DNA of 64,000 nt from Schizochytrium sp. TIO01 (lineage: Eukaryota > Protista > Bigyra: Labyrinthulomycetes), in contig SMSO01000014.1 in assembly GCA_004764695.1 (NCBI GenBank), positions 1,421,648 to 1,485,647 of the forward strand, written 5' to 3'. Each line of letters opens with the position of its first letter. The first letter of the stretch is position 1. The notes below the pieces were generated by a model. That model did no database searches. It was not told the origin of the DNA and worked only from the letters and a program-made list of their open reading frames with translations. Positions 45,707-57,223 of the stretch are shown piece after piece. The position numbers were made by a program, and so were the translations under genes.

Positions 45707-46592
45707 TTTAGACATACCTATTAGTACATAACAATCTATAAACATCATTTATCGCGGCACAGGATATTTCATATTTGCACCAGATACTGCTTAGACTCTC
45801 AATATTCTTGCACATTCTGACACGCGTGCGATTTTCTCCCTATGTGATATTTCCGCAGAGCTACTTGAACGTTGCCATGATGGCGGATTAACAAGATCTG
45901 AAGTCTGATCTCTGTGGTGTACTGACCACTGTGACCGCTGGCTCAGCTGCACAGTGTACATACCCCAGCAACAAACACGTGCCAAACCAGAAACCATATT
46001 GCACAGCTTGAACATAGCTAAGTACTTATCCTATAGACAAATAGCGAAGAAGCCAGCTTCACTTTCCAGGCATATCATGGTACAATATTCTCTAAAATTG
46101 CACACGATCTTGGGACCAACATAACTTGTTTATATATCCCCTTACATTTGGACTCACCCAAATAATAAGATGCACCACTTGAAATACATGGGGGTATATT
46201 GTAACTATAATTGAGCGCGTGCATTTTTATTTTGGCCAATGAAAAAGCAATCCCACCTTCGTATTTCAAGCTGTTTGGTCGAGATGGTGCGCGCCAAGTT
46301 TCGCTAGTTCAGGATTGCTTGATTGCATATTTGCTTGTGTAAGGGAACTTGCAAGGCGGATACTTTAGCATCCACACGTGGACTCCTGGAGACGCTGTAT
46401 GGAGCTGGGCCTTAACTTGGACACCTTTTCTTGTGTCATAGCGAGAGAGGGACGGCAACGTTTGTTGTTGCGTCAAGCAAAACAAGAAGTCGCTCACAGA
46501 GACCACCTTTCAATAAAAGGTCTCCTCGCAAACTTTGAAGGAGTACGTCCATAATCAAGGCGGAAGTTTGGTAAATTGTGTCGTTTGCAAGC

Positions 46593-47732
46593 ATGTCATC
46601 TCACCTTGATGCTCTATCATCTCGGAACCTCCTCTCGGATGCCGATGGTTTCGTGATCAATACCACACACGGCGAATTCGTCAGCCCCATCGAAGCTGAT
46701 TTGACGGATATGCTATACGCAGCGGCGGGAATGAGTAGTCCAGCAAGCGCTGTTTTGTTAACTGTATTCGTGGGATCCTGGATTATGCAGCCAATTGCTT
46801 TGGTTCAAACAACCATGTTCTTCAAATACTGTGGAATACGATCAGACTTGCTGGCAGCACTTCTCATAAGCGTCATCTTGCCTCTCGGAGTAGTTGCCTC
46901 CACTACTCTAGTAGGTCGCAATGCATACAGTTGGATCAAAGTAATTTCTTTAATGTGTGCTTCCTTGATTTTCACCCTGATAAAGCATGTATTCCCAGCA
47001 GCAAATCGTATTGTTGAGCTCCCTATTTTTGGCGAAGCTCGCATGAGTGTGCTCTTCAGCGTGCTAGGTCATGGAATTTTCATGATTAATATGGCTGAAG
47101 AAGTCTTTTGGGAGATCTTTGCTTTGGAGCGTAAACCGTACAACCTATTAAATGGTTCTGCCGGTGGCCTGCTCACGCTACTTGTTATCATGTATGCAAA
47201 ACGCTACGGATTTTCTGTGGCAGAAAGTGACGACATGTACACTCGCTCGATTCGCGCAAATTTAACACCCTTATTTATTGTTGCTTTTACGCTCTGGAAC
47301 ATCGAATTCAATGCTGCCTATCACCCAGAAAAGGCAATATTTTACATTGTTACAGCAAATATTGTCCCGCTAATGGCCGCGTTCTTAGGGTTACATGACT
47401 GGCTAGAGATTCGCACAATTGCAGCACTTCACGCATACATCCTTCGGATCTCTCCAATCAAGGTCTCCTCGTTTGTAAATGCAACTCTTTTTCTCGGCGT
47501 ACCTGCCCTTGAGAGTGAGATATTCCGTTATTTATTTTCATCACTTGCAGCTGTCGCTACCTTAGCAGTTCTGTTTGAAGTTTCCTTTCGTCTCATTACG
47601 GCAAAAGAGCACTTTGATGCTCCCTATGGATTGACCAGTCGCGTTAGTGTAGATGAACGTCATCCAGAAAAATATTATCGTGATGAAGATGAAAACAAAC
47701 ATAATAGTCGCATCTTAGCCAGTGACATTTGA
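46593..47732 (+). CDS. Multi-pass membrane protein, DUF5692-like
   Basis: First ATG at 46593. About 8-9 hydrophobic segments. WIKVIS, INMAEEV, YNLLNGSAG, FIVAFTLWN, WLEIR resemble recalled DUF5692 conserved blocks. Confidence 0.65.
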   Translation: MSSHLDALSSRNLLSDADGFVINTTHGEFVSPIEADLTDMLYAAAGMSSPASAVLLTVFVGSWIMQPIALVQTTMFFKYCGIRSDLLAALLISVILPLGVVASTTLVGRNAYSWIKVISLMCASLIFTLIKHVFPAANRIVELPIFGEARMSVLFSVLGHGIFMINMAEEVFWEIFALERKPYNLLNGSAGGLLTLLVIMYAKRYGFSVAESDDMYTRSIRANLTPLFIVAFTLWNIEFNAAYHPEKAIFYIVTANIVPLMAAFLGLHDWLEIRTIAALHAYILRISPIKVSSFVNATLFLGVPALESEIFRYLFSSLAAVATLAVLFEVSFRLITAKEHFDAPYGLTSRVSVDERHPEKYYRDEDENKHNSRILASDI

Positions 47733-48104
47733 AATAATAAGGAGAAGAAAACGCAACTTTTACTTTCTTACTGTTTTTGCTGTTCTATATATAGCTATAT
47801 AAGGCTTTAACATGTGTCATGAGCAAGACATATGCACAATCTTAGTTTTTCTTTCTCTTCTGTATTTTTTTTCTCTCCGTTTATTCTTGCAATTCAGAAT
47901 GCAAGGTCCCAAGTTCCAAGGTATAATGTCATTTATTGTATTGCATTGCGTTGTATTGTATATAGATAGTGCATTTAGATAGGAATTAATTTAAGAAACA
48001 TAAACAGGATACAGTAGCTAGCCGAGGTCTGCCTCTATATTGCTATTTTGAGCTATGATCATTCAACATTTGAATGGACGTAACAAGATAAACAAAGCAG
48101 CAAA

Positions 48105-49643
48105 CTAACTTGCGAGTGCCTGATAAGCAGTCATGGAGAGGTCTAGATCGTCGTTGGTATACTCATCTTGCATGAAAGCTGTGGCTGCTCCTTGCTCACG
48201 AATAAGGCGTCGACGTGCCCCTCGTTCCGGAGGAGAGTTTGGAGGCTCATCATCATCACTATTGCTAGGCTCTCCTGGCTCACCATCGGGGTCTTGGCGA
48301 TTTCGAACCTGCCTATTGCGATTTTTTCGCTGAGAGCCTGCATAGTATTGAGCCTCACTTTCGATCCCAAGATTTGCCATAGTCTCTGATACAGCCAGCA
48401 TGATCTCCGACTGGATATCAGCATGACGCTTGTCCTCAGTATCATTTCCACTTGTATGAGTCCATATCAAAACTTCGAACATTTGATCTAGCACGACATA
48501 GAATTCGGTTGCATCGCCGAGTTTACCGTGGTTCTGATTTACCGGATGTGATGTGAGGGAAGGGTGGAGTGTTTGTAGAGTGTGCTCGAGTGCAGAAAGC
48601 AGTTTGCGGATTTGATCTCCGCGGGTCTCTGGGCTTAGCTTCATCCTTACCTCAAGGAGACGGGTTGTCCCACGCGAAAAGTTAATCACCGGTTGTTCGA
48701 GGACACGTGAATTTGGAATATACACAATAGATTTATCTGGTCTTTGAAGTTTTGTTGTTCGTAAAGTGATATCAAGTACAGAACCCTCGACACCAACAAC
48801 TCGAACGTAATTCCCTTCAGCAAATTTATCATCAAAAAGAACCATAAGACCACCAATCAAGTTGCGGATCCATGGCTGTGCTGCAAAAACTACAGAGAGA
48901 GTAAAAATTGTAGCATTTTGAAAGAATGAAACCACAGGGACATCGTTACTTTGCAATCCAAGAATAATAACAAGCAGAAAGACAATGTACTTGATAACTC
49001 GTACACCCTCCTCAATAGCATGCCGCAAGGATGATTCCTTTGCAGAGCCTGCAACCCCAGAGCTTCGTGCTCCAACGCGCTCTCCTTCCCCAGTCTCCTT
49101 ATCAGTATCATGATCTCCTAAAATGGGTGTCAACGAGTCTTCAATGTCGTTTTGCTCTGCCATGGCAGCGCGTTTGGCTTTCTCATCTGCCTTCTCATTT
49201 GTTTTGCTTGCAGATGCATGCTCACGATCAGACTCTAAGCGTGCAATCTTTGAAACGGCATCAAAGAGCGCATTGATAAAAAGCAGAAGAATGATGAAGA
49301 AGGGAATTGACAGGAAGTACCGGAAGATGTTGTATACATTGCTGGGCAGGTGCAGAGTCACAAATCCAGCCCAAATGAGGCCCCACCTCACGAGGTGTGT
49401 TGTCCATGATGCCACATGTCTCTTGAGTGGGCTTAGCCATGACCGCTTCCTGTATCTAATCAGCACAAGACTGAGCAATGCAATGAGTAAATCTACAATA
49501 TACTCAGAAAATACTGCCAGGATCCAAACGAATGCTGTCACAATCAGCCATTGGTATGCTACGCCCCAGAATTGGCAATCTTTATTGGGATCTAGGTCAC
49601 AACAGTAGACACCATTATTCGTCCATGAGCCTCCGCAACTCAT
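48105..49643 (-). CDS. MscS-family small-conductance mechanosensitive channel
   Basis: N-terminal TM helices; FAAQPWIRNLIGGLMVLFDDKFAEGNYVRVVGVEGSVLDITLRTTKLQRPDKSIVYIPNS..VINFSR (MscS beta-domain signature). Confidence 0.9.
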   Translation of the reverse strand: MSCGGSWTNNGVYCCDLDPNKDCQFWGVAYQWLIVTAFVWILAVFSEYIVDLLIALLSLVLIRYRKRSWLSPLKRHVASWTTHLVRWGLIWAGFVTLHLPSNVYNIFRYFLSIPFFIILLLFINALFDAVSKIARLESDREHASASKTNEKADEKAKRAAMAEQNDIEDSLTPILGDHDTDKETGEGERVGARSSGVAGSAKESSLRHAIEEGVRVIKYIVFLLVIILGLQSNDVPVVSFFQNATIFTLSVVFAAQPWIRNLIGGLMVLFDDKFAEGNYVRVVGVEGSVLDITLRTTKLQRPDKSIVYIPNSRVLEQPVINFSRGTTRLLEVRMKLSPETRGDQIRKLLSALEHTLQTLHPSLTSHPVNQNHGKLGDATEFYVVLDQMFEVLIWTHTSGNDTEDKRHADIQSEIMLAVSETMANLGIESEAQYYAGSQRKNRNRQVRNRQDPDGEPGEPSNSDDDEPPNSPPERGARRRLIREQGAATAFMQDEYTNDDLDLSMTAYQALAS

Positions 49644-50761
49644 GATGACTCAAGACGACGAGCCCAACGATAGACTCAGCGCGCAGTTAATCTCACGGGA
49701 ACCAACAAAGGAGGCCCCGTAAAGACTTCTGCCAGCACCGCAGCCTTTTAGGCACAACTCCAGAGTGCGACGAGGCTTGAGCACGACAAATCAAGCTTTG
49801 AGGGAGTCAGTATTTATCCTGTTCTATAAAAGGTGATTAAAAGGAACGATGATCGCTAACTCCATGAGGCCAAAGATTGGGTTTCCTAGTGATATATACT
49901 AATTGCACTTAGGAAACAACAAGAATCGAGTAAGTGATGACGAGATTAATAGCAAATCGCTACGAACGAAATGAAGTCCAGGCCAGCCCTCAGAGCATAG
50001 AGAGCTATGTACTTTAGTCTGCCAGACAGATATTAAAAGTCTCAGGATGCGTACATAAATAGGCGATATGTGTAGCTTCTTTTGTTCAGATGAAGGGGAA
50101 ATTCCGACTTAGCGTTTAGTTTATAGCAGGGTGAAAAAGATCGTGAAAGACTGGAAGCACAACGAGGAGAACAAATCGAACTCAATGAAAGGTAAAAACA
50201 CCTCACCGGATGAAGTTGATTTTTGTAATGTTGGAATCTTTCGACTAATACGTATCGCAGATGACCGTAAAATTCTGTGCTTGTGCTGCATCCAAATATC
50301 AAAACTTCTTCATTTGAGAAACTACAAGTGATAGGCGCATAAGAGAGACAGAGCTCTTCGTGGGTCAAAACAGTAAATTTGATAGAAACCGTGGATAGAA
50401 ATATCATTTCCTTGAGAGCAATTATTTGTGAATTCTTGTATGTTGTACATTGACAATTTAAAGGCAAAGGGTAACTAAAATACCCAAGGCGTCATAGAGC
50501 AGGGTATCTAACTAAGTGTCCTGCTCTTATCGTTATTTTAAGCTGGAACGCTGCATAAATCCAAGACTCGAATCAGCAAGGAACTGCCCGTGAATACTGT
50601 GAGCTTCGCACTCGCCGGCTCAAGACGGAGAGCAAGTCATGCTAAACTAAACTGTTCGAAGGGAACATGGATCAGTGTATATTGCGATCTACACAATGGT
50701 AGATCAGAGCAATATTGACACTATTTTGCCAAGGCGCGAAACCATCCTCCGCGAAGTAGGT

Positions 50762-50968
50762 CTAGGTTCCCTTTAGGCCCTGAATACGAGTTCGCATATT
50801 AAGCTGGTTCGCTTTGCAGATGACATAAGCATTTTTCAGAGACTCGCACTCAGGAACGAGCTTTACGCACTCTTTCATACTTTTACCGCTCTTCACGCAC
50901 TCGCTTTCCCTCAAACATCTTTTCAGAGAGTCCGCAGGATCCTGACAGCTTCTTGTTGCACCGCCCAT
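50762..50968 (-). CDS. PET191: Cytochrome c oxidase assembly factor PET191/COA5
   Basis: 68 aa: SC-x9-CLRESECV..KEC..EC-x9-CK..QLNMRTRIQG, the Pet191 twin CX9C pattern with its C-terminal MRxR motif. Confidence 0.88.
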   Translation of the reverse strand: MGGATRSCQDPADSLKRCLRESECVKSGKSMKECVKLVPECESLKNAYVICKANQLNMRTRIQGLKGT

Positions 50969-51690
50969 GTTGACAACTTAATCAGCGTGATCAAAAACGA
51001 AGTCAATACGTGCTGGACCTTCCACAGAGATACACCAAAAGTAGTGCAGCACCAAGTCGCTCGCTGCAGGCAGTGTATAGTCACTTCAGGTGGAGCCCTG
51101 AAGTCTTGCTCGCTAGGTTTTCTCGTTCGGAGTTTGCTGGCGTCCAGAAAAAAAAATTAAAAAATTAAAAAATAAGAGAAGATGAAACACAAATCAGGGC
51201 TAGTACATCATAACAATTTAGAAATTATGGCCATACCATCAAGCTCCAATTGCTTATTTAGATTCTTTAATAAACCATCTTCCTGGAAGGCGCACCTCCT
51301 CCTTCATCCCTAGCACTTGATTTAAGCAGCATCGTTGCTGCCACAGCAGTTTTAGGAGACGAGCGAAATGAACGAAATGAGTGCAATTCTCATTTTGCTA
51401 AGAGAAAGCGAGCAGCAGTGGGGAGTCCTATTGGTTTCTAGTTTAAACCATAAGTGGCATAAACTAAATCGGAGTAATTTACTCTTTCTTTCTTTCTTTC
51501 TTTTTCCTATATGAAGGAGCTTGGAAAGTTTATTTTTTTATTCTCGCAAGAATGGCAAGAACATCAACTATAAACTACAAAACTACAAACCCAAACTGCG
51601 AATCAAAGCTGCCGGCCACGTGCAACTTGGCGAGCTTGGCCTTTTCAAAGAGACGTTTCCGTTGCATCTTCACGAAATCTTGTGTCTAGA

Positions 51691-52712
51691 ATGTTTTCTA
51701 TGGGTGTGATCCGCGCTGCGCCGCGTATGGCGCTAAGGGCCTCCTCAGGCTCCGCTTCCACGGAGGCTTTGGTGGCGAGGCGCTTTTTGAGTGGCGAAGG
51801 CCGCTCGGAAGAGGCGCGGCGCGAGGCAGAACATAAGGCTGCTCTTGAGCAGGAGGATCGCATTCGTCGCGAGAACCAGGAAATGGTTAATAGTTTTAAC
51901 CAGATGGCTGACTGGATCACTGTTGAGGAGCAGAAGCTGCCTACACAGTTCGATGGCGAGTCTGCTGTGGACTTCAGGTACGTGATCAACAACACTCAAC
52001 TCAGTATGATTGAAGAAGTCGCGAATACATATTTTCTTAGTCCAAAAAATGTGACTATGTAATATGGGTGCTTAAGGTTGGAAATCATGAAGGTTATCCT
52101 TGCCTTACAAAGAACCTAGATCAACAAGATCAATCTCAAATATTCTATGGATGATTCTTGCAAGTGTTTGGCTTGGACTTGCCCGTCAAACTATATTGCT
52201 ACTTTCTCGAATAGAAGGAGGTTATCCACAAGGCTTACATACGGTCAAATTACTTATATACGGAGAAAGATGAGGGTTTAAGGGATTGAACCTCGTTGCT
52301 AGCAAGCAAGCTTGGAAGGATCCCAGTATTGTATGCGAGGTTGTATACGTGCGAACTTGAAGACTAACGTGGTGACATGTTTTTTTGTTGCTTTTCTGTT
52401 TGTGAACGTGGCTTGCTTCTTGCCCTGGTATGGGTGAGGTTTACTAAATTTAAAATATGAATGGCGTTTTGCACTGGTATATTGACGACTGGCGTGCATG
52501 GCTTTAGCAACGCGATCAAAACAAGACTTAAGTCAGCCGAGTCGCGTAAGCGCATCACAGGTAAAAATCTGCACGCTATTTTCTACGATTCCGTAAACAA
52601 GGAAGAGATCATGCGCAAGCTTCAAAGCCTTGGAATTCCAGAAGCAAAGGCACAACTTATCTGCAAGCACTTCAAAAGACCTGACCTCCAAGAGGTCGTG
52701 TACGAAGACTAA
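51691..52712 (+). CDS. Two-exon putative mitochondrial protein (exons 51691-51977 and 52508-52712), weakly NDUFAF4-like
   Basis: Arg/Ala-rich presequence ending RRFLS. Donor AG|GTACGT at 51978 and acceptor TTTAG| at 52507 join in frame (..AVDF-S-NAIKTR..). Confidence 0.65.
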
Positions 52713-52714
52713 AT

Positions 52715-54034
52715 TTACTCGTCACGGTAAACCATCCGCTTTCGCTTGGTACGGCGGTGACGGCGCTGGGTGTCTTCACGGTTGATCTCAACTGCGTCGC
52801 GATGAAGCTCTTCCATCATCACGTCACGGCGATCAGGCAACAGCTTGTCTTCGAGGCGCACCTTTTCCCGAGCGTCCGAAGTGAAGAGGTGCACCAAGGT
52901 CTTGCCAGCGTCCAAAACAATCCAATCCTCGTCCGCATCATAAGGCTGCGTTTGGTAAATTGTTTTGTTTGCCCAAAGGATTTATTTAGTATTACCATAG
53001 AGATCGTACAACTCGTGTGTTTCACCATCGCCCATTATCACCACATATAGCAACAGCGAGAGATTACACACAGCACAATCACATTCCATGAAAGAATTTA
53101 TCATAAAGAAATCATTTTGCGTCAGTCAGACCGTCAGTCAACCATTGATCGATATTTTTTTAGATGGAGCAGCAACAATGTGCTTACCACAGAAATGCAA
53201 CCAGTCAAAGACCTGTCGCTAGTGTTATGAACATACCTTTGATTCGTGCGTAGATCGCAAGCCACGCTTCTTCATAGACTTGTGGATGATCTTTGCAAGG
53301 CGAAGAATATGGGTTTCAGAGCGACCAGTGACAATGACAGAGTCCTCGCGCATATTAGAAACCTCACCCAGGACAGTGATAATATCCTCTCCTCCGTTAG
53401 CCTCTAGGCAAGCAGTGATCTCCTCTACAGTAAGAACCTCTCCCGGAATAATACGAATCAGTCTTGAGCTACGGTCCACGAGACCAGACTCCCATGTCCA
53501 CGAGGCCTCGCGCTTGCGTCTATTTCTGGTGTAATCCTCCACAGCAAGTTCATCATTCTGTGACAGCCACACGGCAGCATCAAGTGCCTCATCTACCTTG
53601 ATATTGTCATCATAATCACCATCATCATCCTCATCTTCCTCTCCACGCTGCTGCCTCATCTCTGCCTCCGCATTCTCAGCCCGAGCACGATCAGGAGGCA
53701 CCCATTCCCATTCATCCTCTCCCTGCTCCTTTTCAAGAGCCGGAGTCGAAGTTGTTGAACCTGAAGAAGATAAAGGACTTGCAGACGCAATTTTCTGGCT
53801 GCTTAAGTCGGACTTTTTGATTTCACCTTCATTTTGCACACCAACTTTATCATCGCTAGGTCCGTTGGCGTTGGCGCTCATAAAGCGCGCGCTCTCTTGC
53901 CACCAGCCAGGGAGACTCATGCGGACATGCTGACTAGATTGGAGGCCTCCGAGCGCCCGGGCGAGCGGAAACCTGTTGACGCACGAGGTCGCCGCGTGAA
54001 GACGCAGCACCCTTGCAGTGATTGCCACCACCAT
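52715..54034 (-). CDS. MALSU1: Mitochondrial ribosome silencing/assembly factor MALSU1 (RsfS/Iojap family); exons 54034-53237 and 52945-52715
   Basis: Presequence. LEANGGEDI..VIVTGRSETHILRLA in exon 1. Phase-0 intron AAG|GTATGT..CGCAG| joins to PYDADEDWIVLDAGKTLVHLFTSDAREKVRLE, the RsfS signature. Confidence 0.88.
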
Positions 54035-54797
54035 CTTTGACTTCGCTGTTGGGGCGAGTCTCGTCCTCGGAAAATGCTTTTGCCCTTTGCTTTTGTCGCA
54101 TTTTTTATATTCTTTTTTCTATTTTTAATTGGCTCAAATGTTGCTTATTTTTAGTTATGTTCTTTCCACAATGTCGGAACTCATGAAAAAACTACGGTTG
54201 GGCCGGATCATTCGCTCAAGACGATTAAAGACACGGACTTTAAATTTGAGTTTCATGCTGATGAGAGCACCAGAGAGACCTCAGAGGGGATAGTGTGAGT
54301 ACTTTCACGTCAGAGAAGGATGTTGTGGGACGGAAAATGTTTTGAAAACAATTTTCTTCAAGTTTTTTATTTTGTAGGGTGAAGGAGAGCCTTTAGGAGA
54401 GGCCAGATAAAAAGTTGGCAAGATGAGAATGGATCAACAAGAGTAAGCAAAAAGCTAGATGTGTCACAAAAATACGAGAAAATCAACAGCGTGTGAGAAA
54501 AAGCAATGTTATTTACCTGCTGGTTTTAGTTCAGTGGAATGGAAGTTAAATCTCCCCAGTATTGTGAGAAAATATGAATGAAAATGGATTGGTTATGGAC
54601 ATTTGTAGTATAGATCAGGATAGTCTGAATTCGACAATCAAGGCAAAGCAAGGGGGTCATAAGTTCTTTTTGTGTGTTTGATTACTAGGTTTCGTTTTAA
54701 TTTGAGTGGAGAACCTGATTTTAGTTGTTGGTTTGGTTGAATTCAGACAGATGTGACGATGGGATGGTTTGAAGAGAAAAGATGTATGAGCGTATAC

Positions 54798-55988
54798 TTA
54801 TGCCTCCTTTTGCTTGTGGTCAAGAGCCACTGCCTCAGAAATAGAGGAGAAGCCGTCGCGCTCAAGCAGAACCTTAAGCTCACGGTTCAAGCGGTTGATA
54901 AGCGGAGTTCCCTGGTAGGTCATTGCAGTGTAAAGCTGTACGAGGGTTGCACCAGCCTTGATCTTCTCGTACGCATCAATGCCAGTGGAAATACCACCCA
55001 CACCAATAATGGGTACTTTACCTTGGGTCAAGCGGTACATGTCACGGATGACAGCGGTAGACTTTTCCTTGAGCGGAATACCACTGAGACCACCAATCTC
55101 ATCACGGGCAGGGCTCTCTAAGGTTTCAGGGCGAGCAATAGTGGTGTTGGAGACAATGAGACCGTCCACCTGGCGAGAGACCACAACCTCCGCGATGTCT
55201 TCCTTGTCCTCCTCACTGAGATCCGGGGCAATCTTGAGCACGACAGGAGTGCGACGCTTGCCAGAGCAAACCTCATCACGAGTCTGCATAACACCAGTGA
55301 TAAGTTCATCAAGTTCCTTCTTGGCCTGGAGGTTGCGAAGACCGGGGGTGTTGGGGCTGGAGATGTTCACGACAAGGTAATCGGCCATAGTTGCGAATTC
55401 GCGCACACCCTTGGTGTAGTCCTCAACAGCGCTGGGAGAAGTCTTGTTCTTGCCCAAGTTGATTCCAAGGATGCACGGAGTTCGCGAGGTATCGGCAAGG
55501 TACTCCTCGAGGTTGGCCTTGACGGCAGCGTGACCGTCACTGTTGAAACCGTAGCGGTTGATGACAGCCTGATCCTTGGGCAGGCGGAAGACACGAGGCT
55601 TTGGGTTGCCAGGCTGAGGCTCCGGAGTAACACTACCGATTTCAACAAAACCGAATCCAACACGAGCAAGGCCTTCCACAGCCTCTCCGTTCTTGTCAAA
55701 TCCAGCAGCAAGACCAACAGGGTTGGCGAAATCCAGGTCCCACACACGTTGTTTGAGCTGAAGGGCCTGGCCTTCATTCACAGTCGGTCTCGGAATGAGC
55801 TTGTACTTTGCAGCAAGCACTCCCAAGCGGTGTCCTTGCTCACCATCTGTAAATGTCTGAACCATCGGCATGATGGCCTGGTTGAAGACACGTTCATCCT
55901 GAGTCCAATATCCGTAGCCTACGGCGGCCCCAATGCCTGCCCAGCCGCTCAAGACAGCCGTGCGGATAATACGAGCAGTCGTAGCCAT
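54798..55988 (-). CDS. DHODH: Class 2 (quinone) dihydroorotate dehydrogenase, mitochondrial
   Basis: N-terminal TM anchor. NPVGLAAGFDKNGE, GSVTPEPQPGNPKPRVFRL, INRYGFNS, NLGKNK, VNISSPNTPGLR, KIAPDL, SNTT, GGLSG, IGVGGI, VQLYT. Confidence 0.97.
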   Translation of the reverse strand: MATTARIIRTAVLSGWAGIGAAVGYGYWTQDERVFNQAIMPMVQTFTDGEQGHRLGVLAAKYKLIPRPTVNEGQALQLKQRVWDLDFANPVGLAAGFDKNGEAVEGLARVGFGFVEIGSVTPEPQPGNPKPRVFRLPKDQAVINRYGFNSDGHAAVKANLEEYLADTSRTPCILGINLGKNKTSPSAVEDYTKGVREFATMADYLVVNISSPNTPGLRNLQAKKELDELITGVMQTRDEVCSGKRRTPVVLKIAPDLSEEDKEDIAEVVVSRQVDGLIVSNTTIARPETLESPARDEIGGLSGIPLKEKSTAVIRDMYRLTQGKVPIIGVGGISTGIDAYEKIKAGATLVQLYTAMTYQGTPLINRLNRELKVLLERDGFSSISEAVALDHKQKEA

Positions 55989-57223
55989 TTTGACTTATCT
56001 AGCAGATGAAACCCCTCCACAACACAAACTCGCAGATCCCCAATTCGTGATCCGCAGTTCGCGATCTGCACCAAGAGACCTTTGTTGTTGTTCTTAGTCC
56101 TTTCCAACTAAAGAAAGTCTCGTTGGCCACGAGTGCCTTTCCAATGCTTGGATCAGAGCTAGGACCTTCGAAAGCCGCAATCCAGTACCCAAATCATTAA
56201 TATCCTTATAACCTAAACTCTAAGATACAAGTTACGTTTTTCTGGTTTTTTATTTTAGAAAAATATAATTGCTATCTTCTTCTAGTATGGAATTTTGCAA
56301 GTGATGGATGAGAATCTGTTGTGTTGAAACTTGAGTAAGAGATGAAGCTATTTCAAGATATCTATAGGTTGGCAAGTGGGATAGACAAAAATTCTAGTTG
56401 CTTGGTGCTGATGTTTAATGATTCAACAAAAGCTGAATGTTATGCATATTCTACTGTACTTCAGAAATTAAGATCTTTCGCTGTAACTTAAGACTTGCGA
56501 AAATGTGATGTCCCCAGGTGAAAAAACAAGTTAATTTGACTGCTAATTGTAACAACCAGCATTCGTACCCTTTGATATAGACAAAGTTTCCTTCTATAAT
56601 ACCTAGTAGGTATTCCAGGAAATGACGTTTGTTTTTGTTTCAGATATACGCTCAATCATGATTGCTTAGGAAACCCAGCTAACCTGTAGTGCTGCACTTG
56701 CCAAACTGTACAATTTGACTTTCTTGGAGCCTACCTTGGTCTTGGAGAATGAGTTCCACTAAAGTTGCGAACCATAATGTAAAAGGCAATAATGAATCTA
56801 GTACTACCTATGATATTAGTTTACTCCTATGGGTGCATTACATCATATTGCGACACAGATTGTAAGCAGTGAGAAGAGCGAGTCGAAGAGCGCATTCCTG
56901 GGATAGATTCTTGTCGTTGTAGTGACTTTACTTAGAGCGTGTGCAGCAAACCTCATTGGCAGTGGAAAAGACGGGATTTAGTTGGCTGGGTTTGGTGAGG
57001 CGGGCTTTAACTTGGCTCATAGGCTGGGTAGTGCTAGTTGTGTAAAGCTGCCACTGCTGCGAGCAGAGATTGATCTTTTTTGTCGACCAGATCAAGAACA
57101 TTGCCTCTGACGTTGGTTTAGAGTTACGGTTGTTGAGAAGGACGGTTAAGTACAAGGTGCATTAACTGAGCTTGGTCACAGGTGTATCCTGTTTTTGGTC
57201 TGAGGAATAATAAGAAATAGAAG

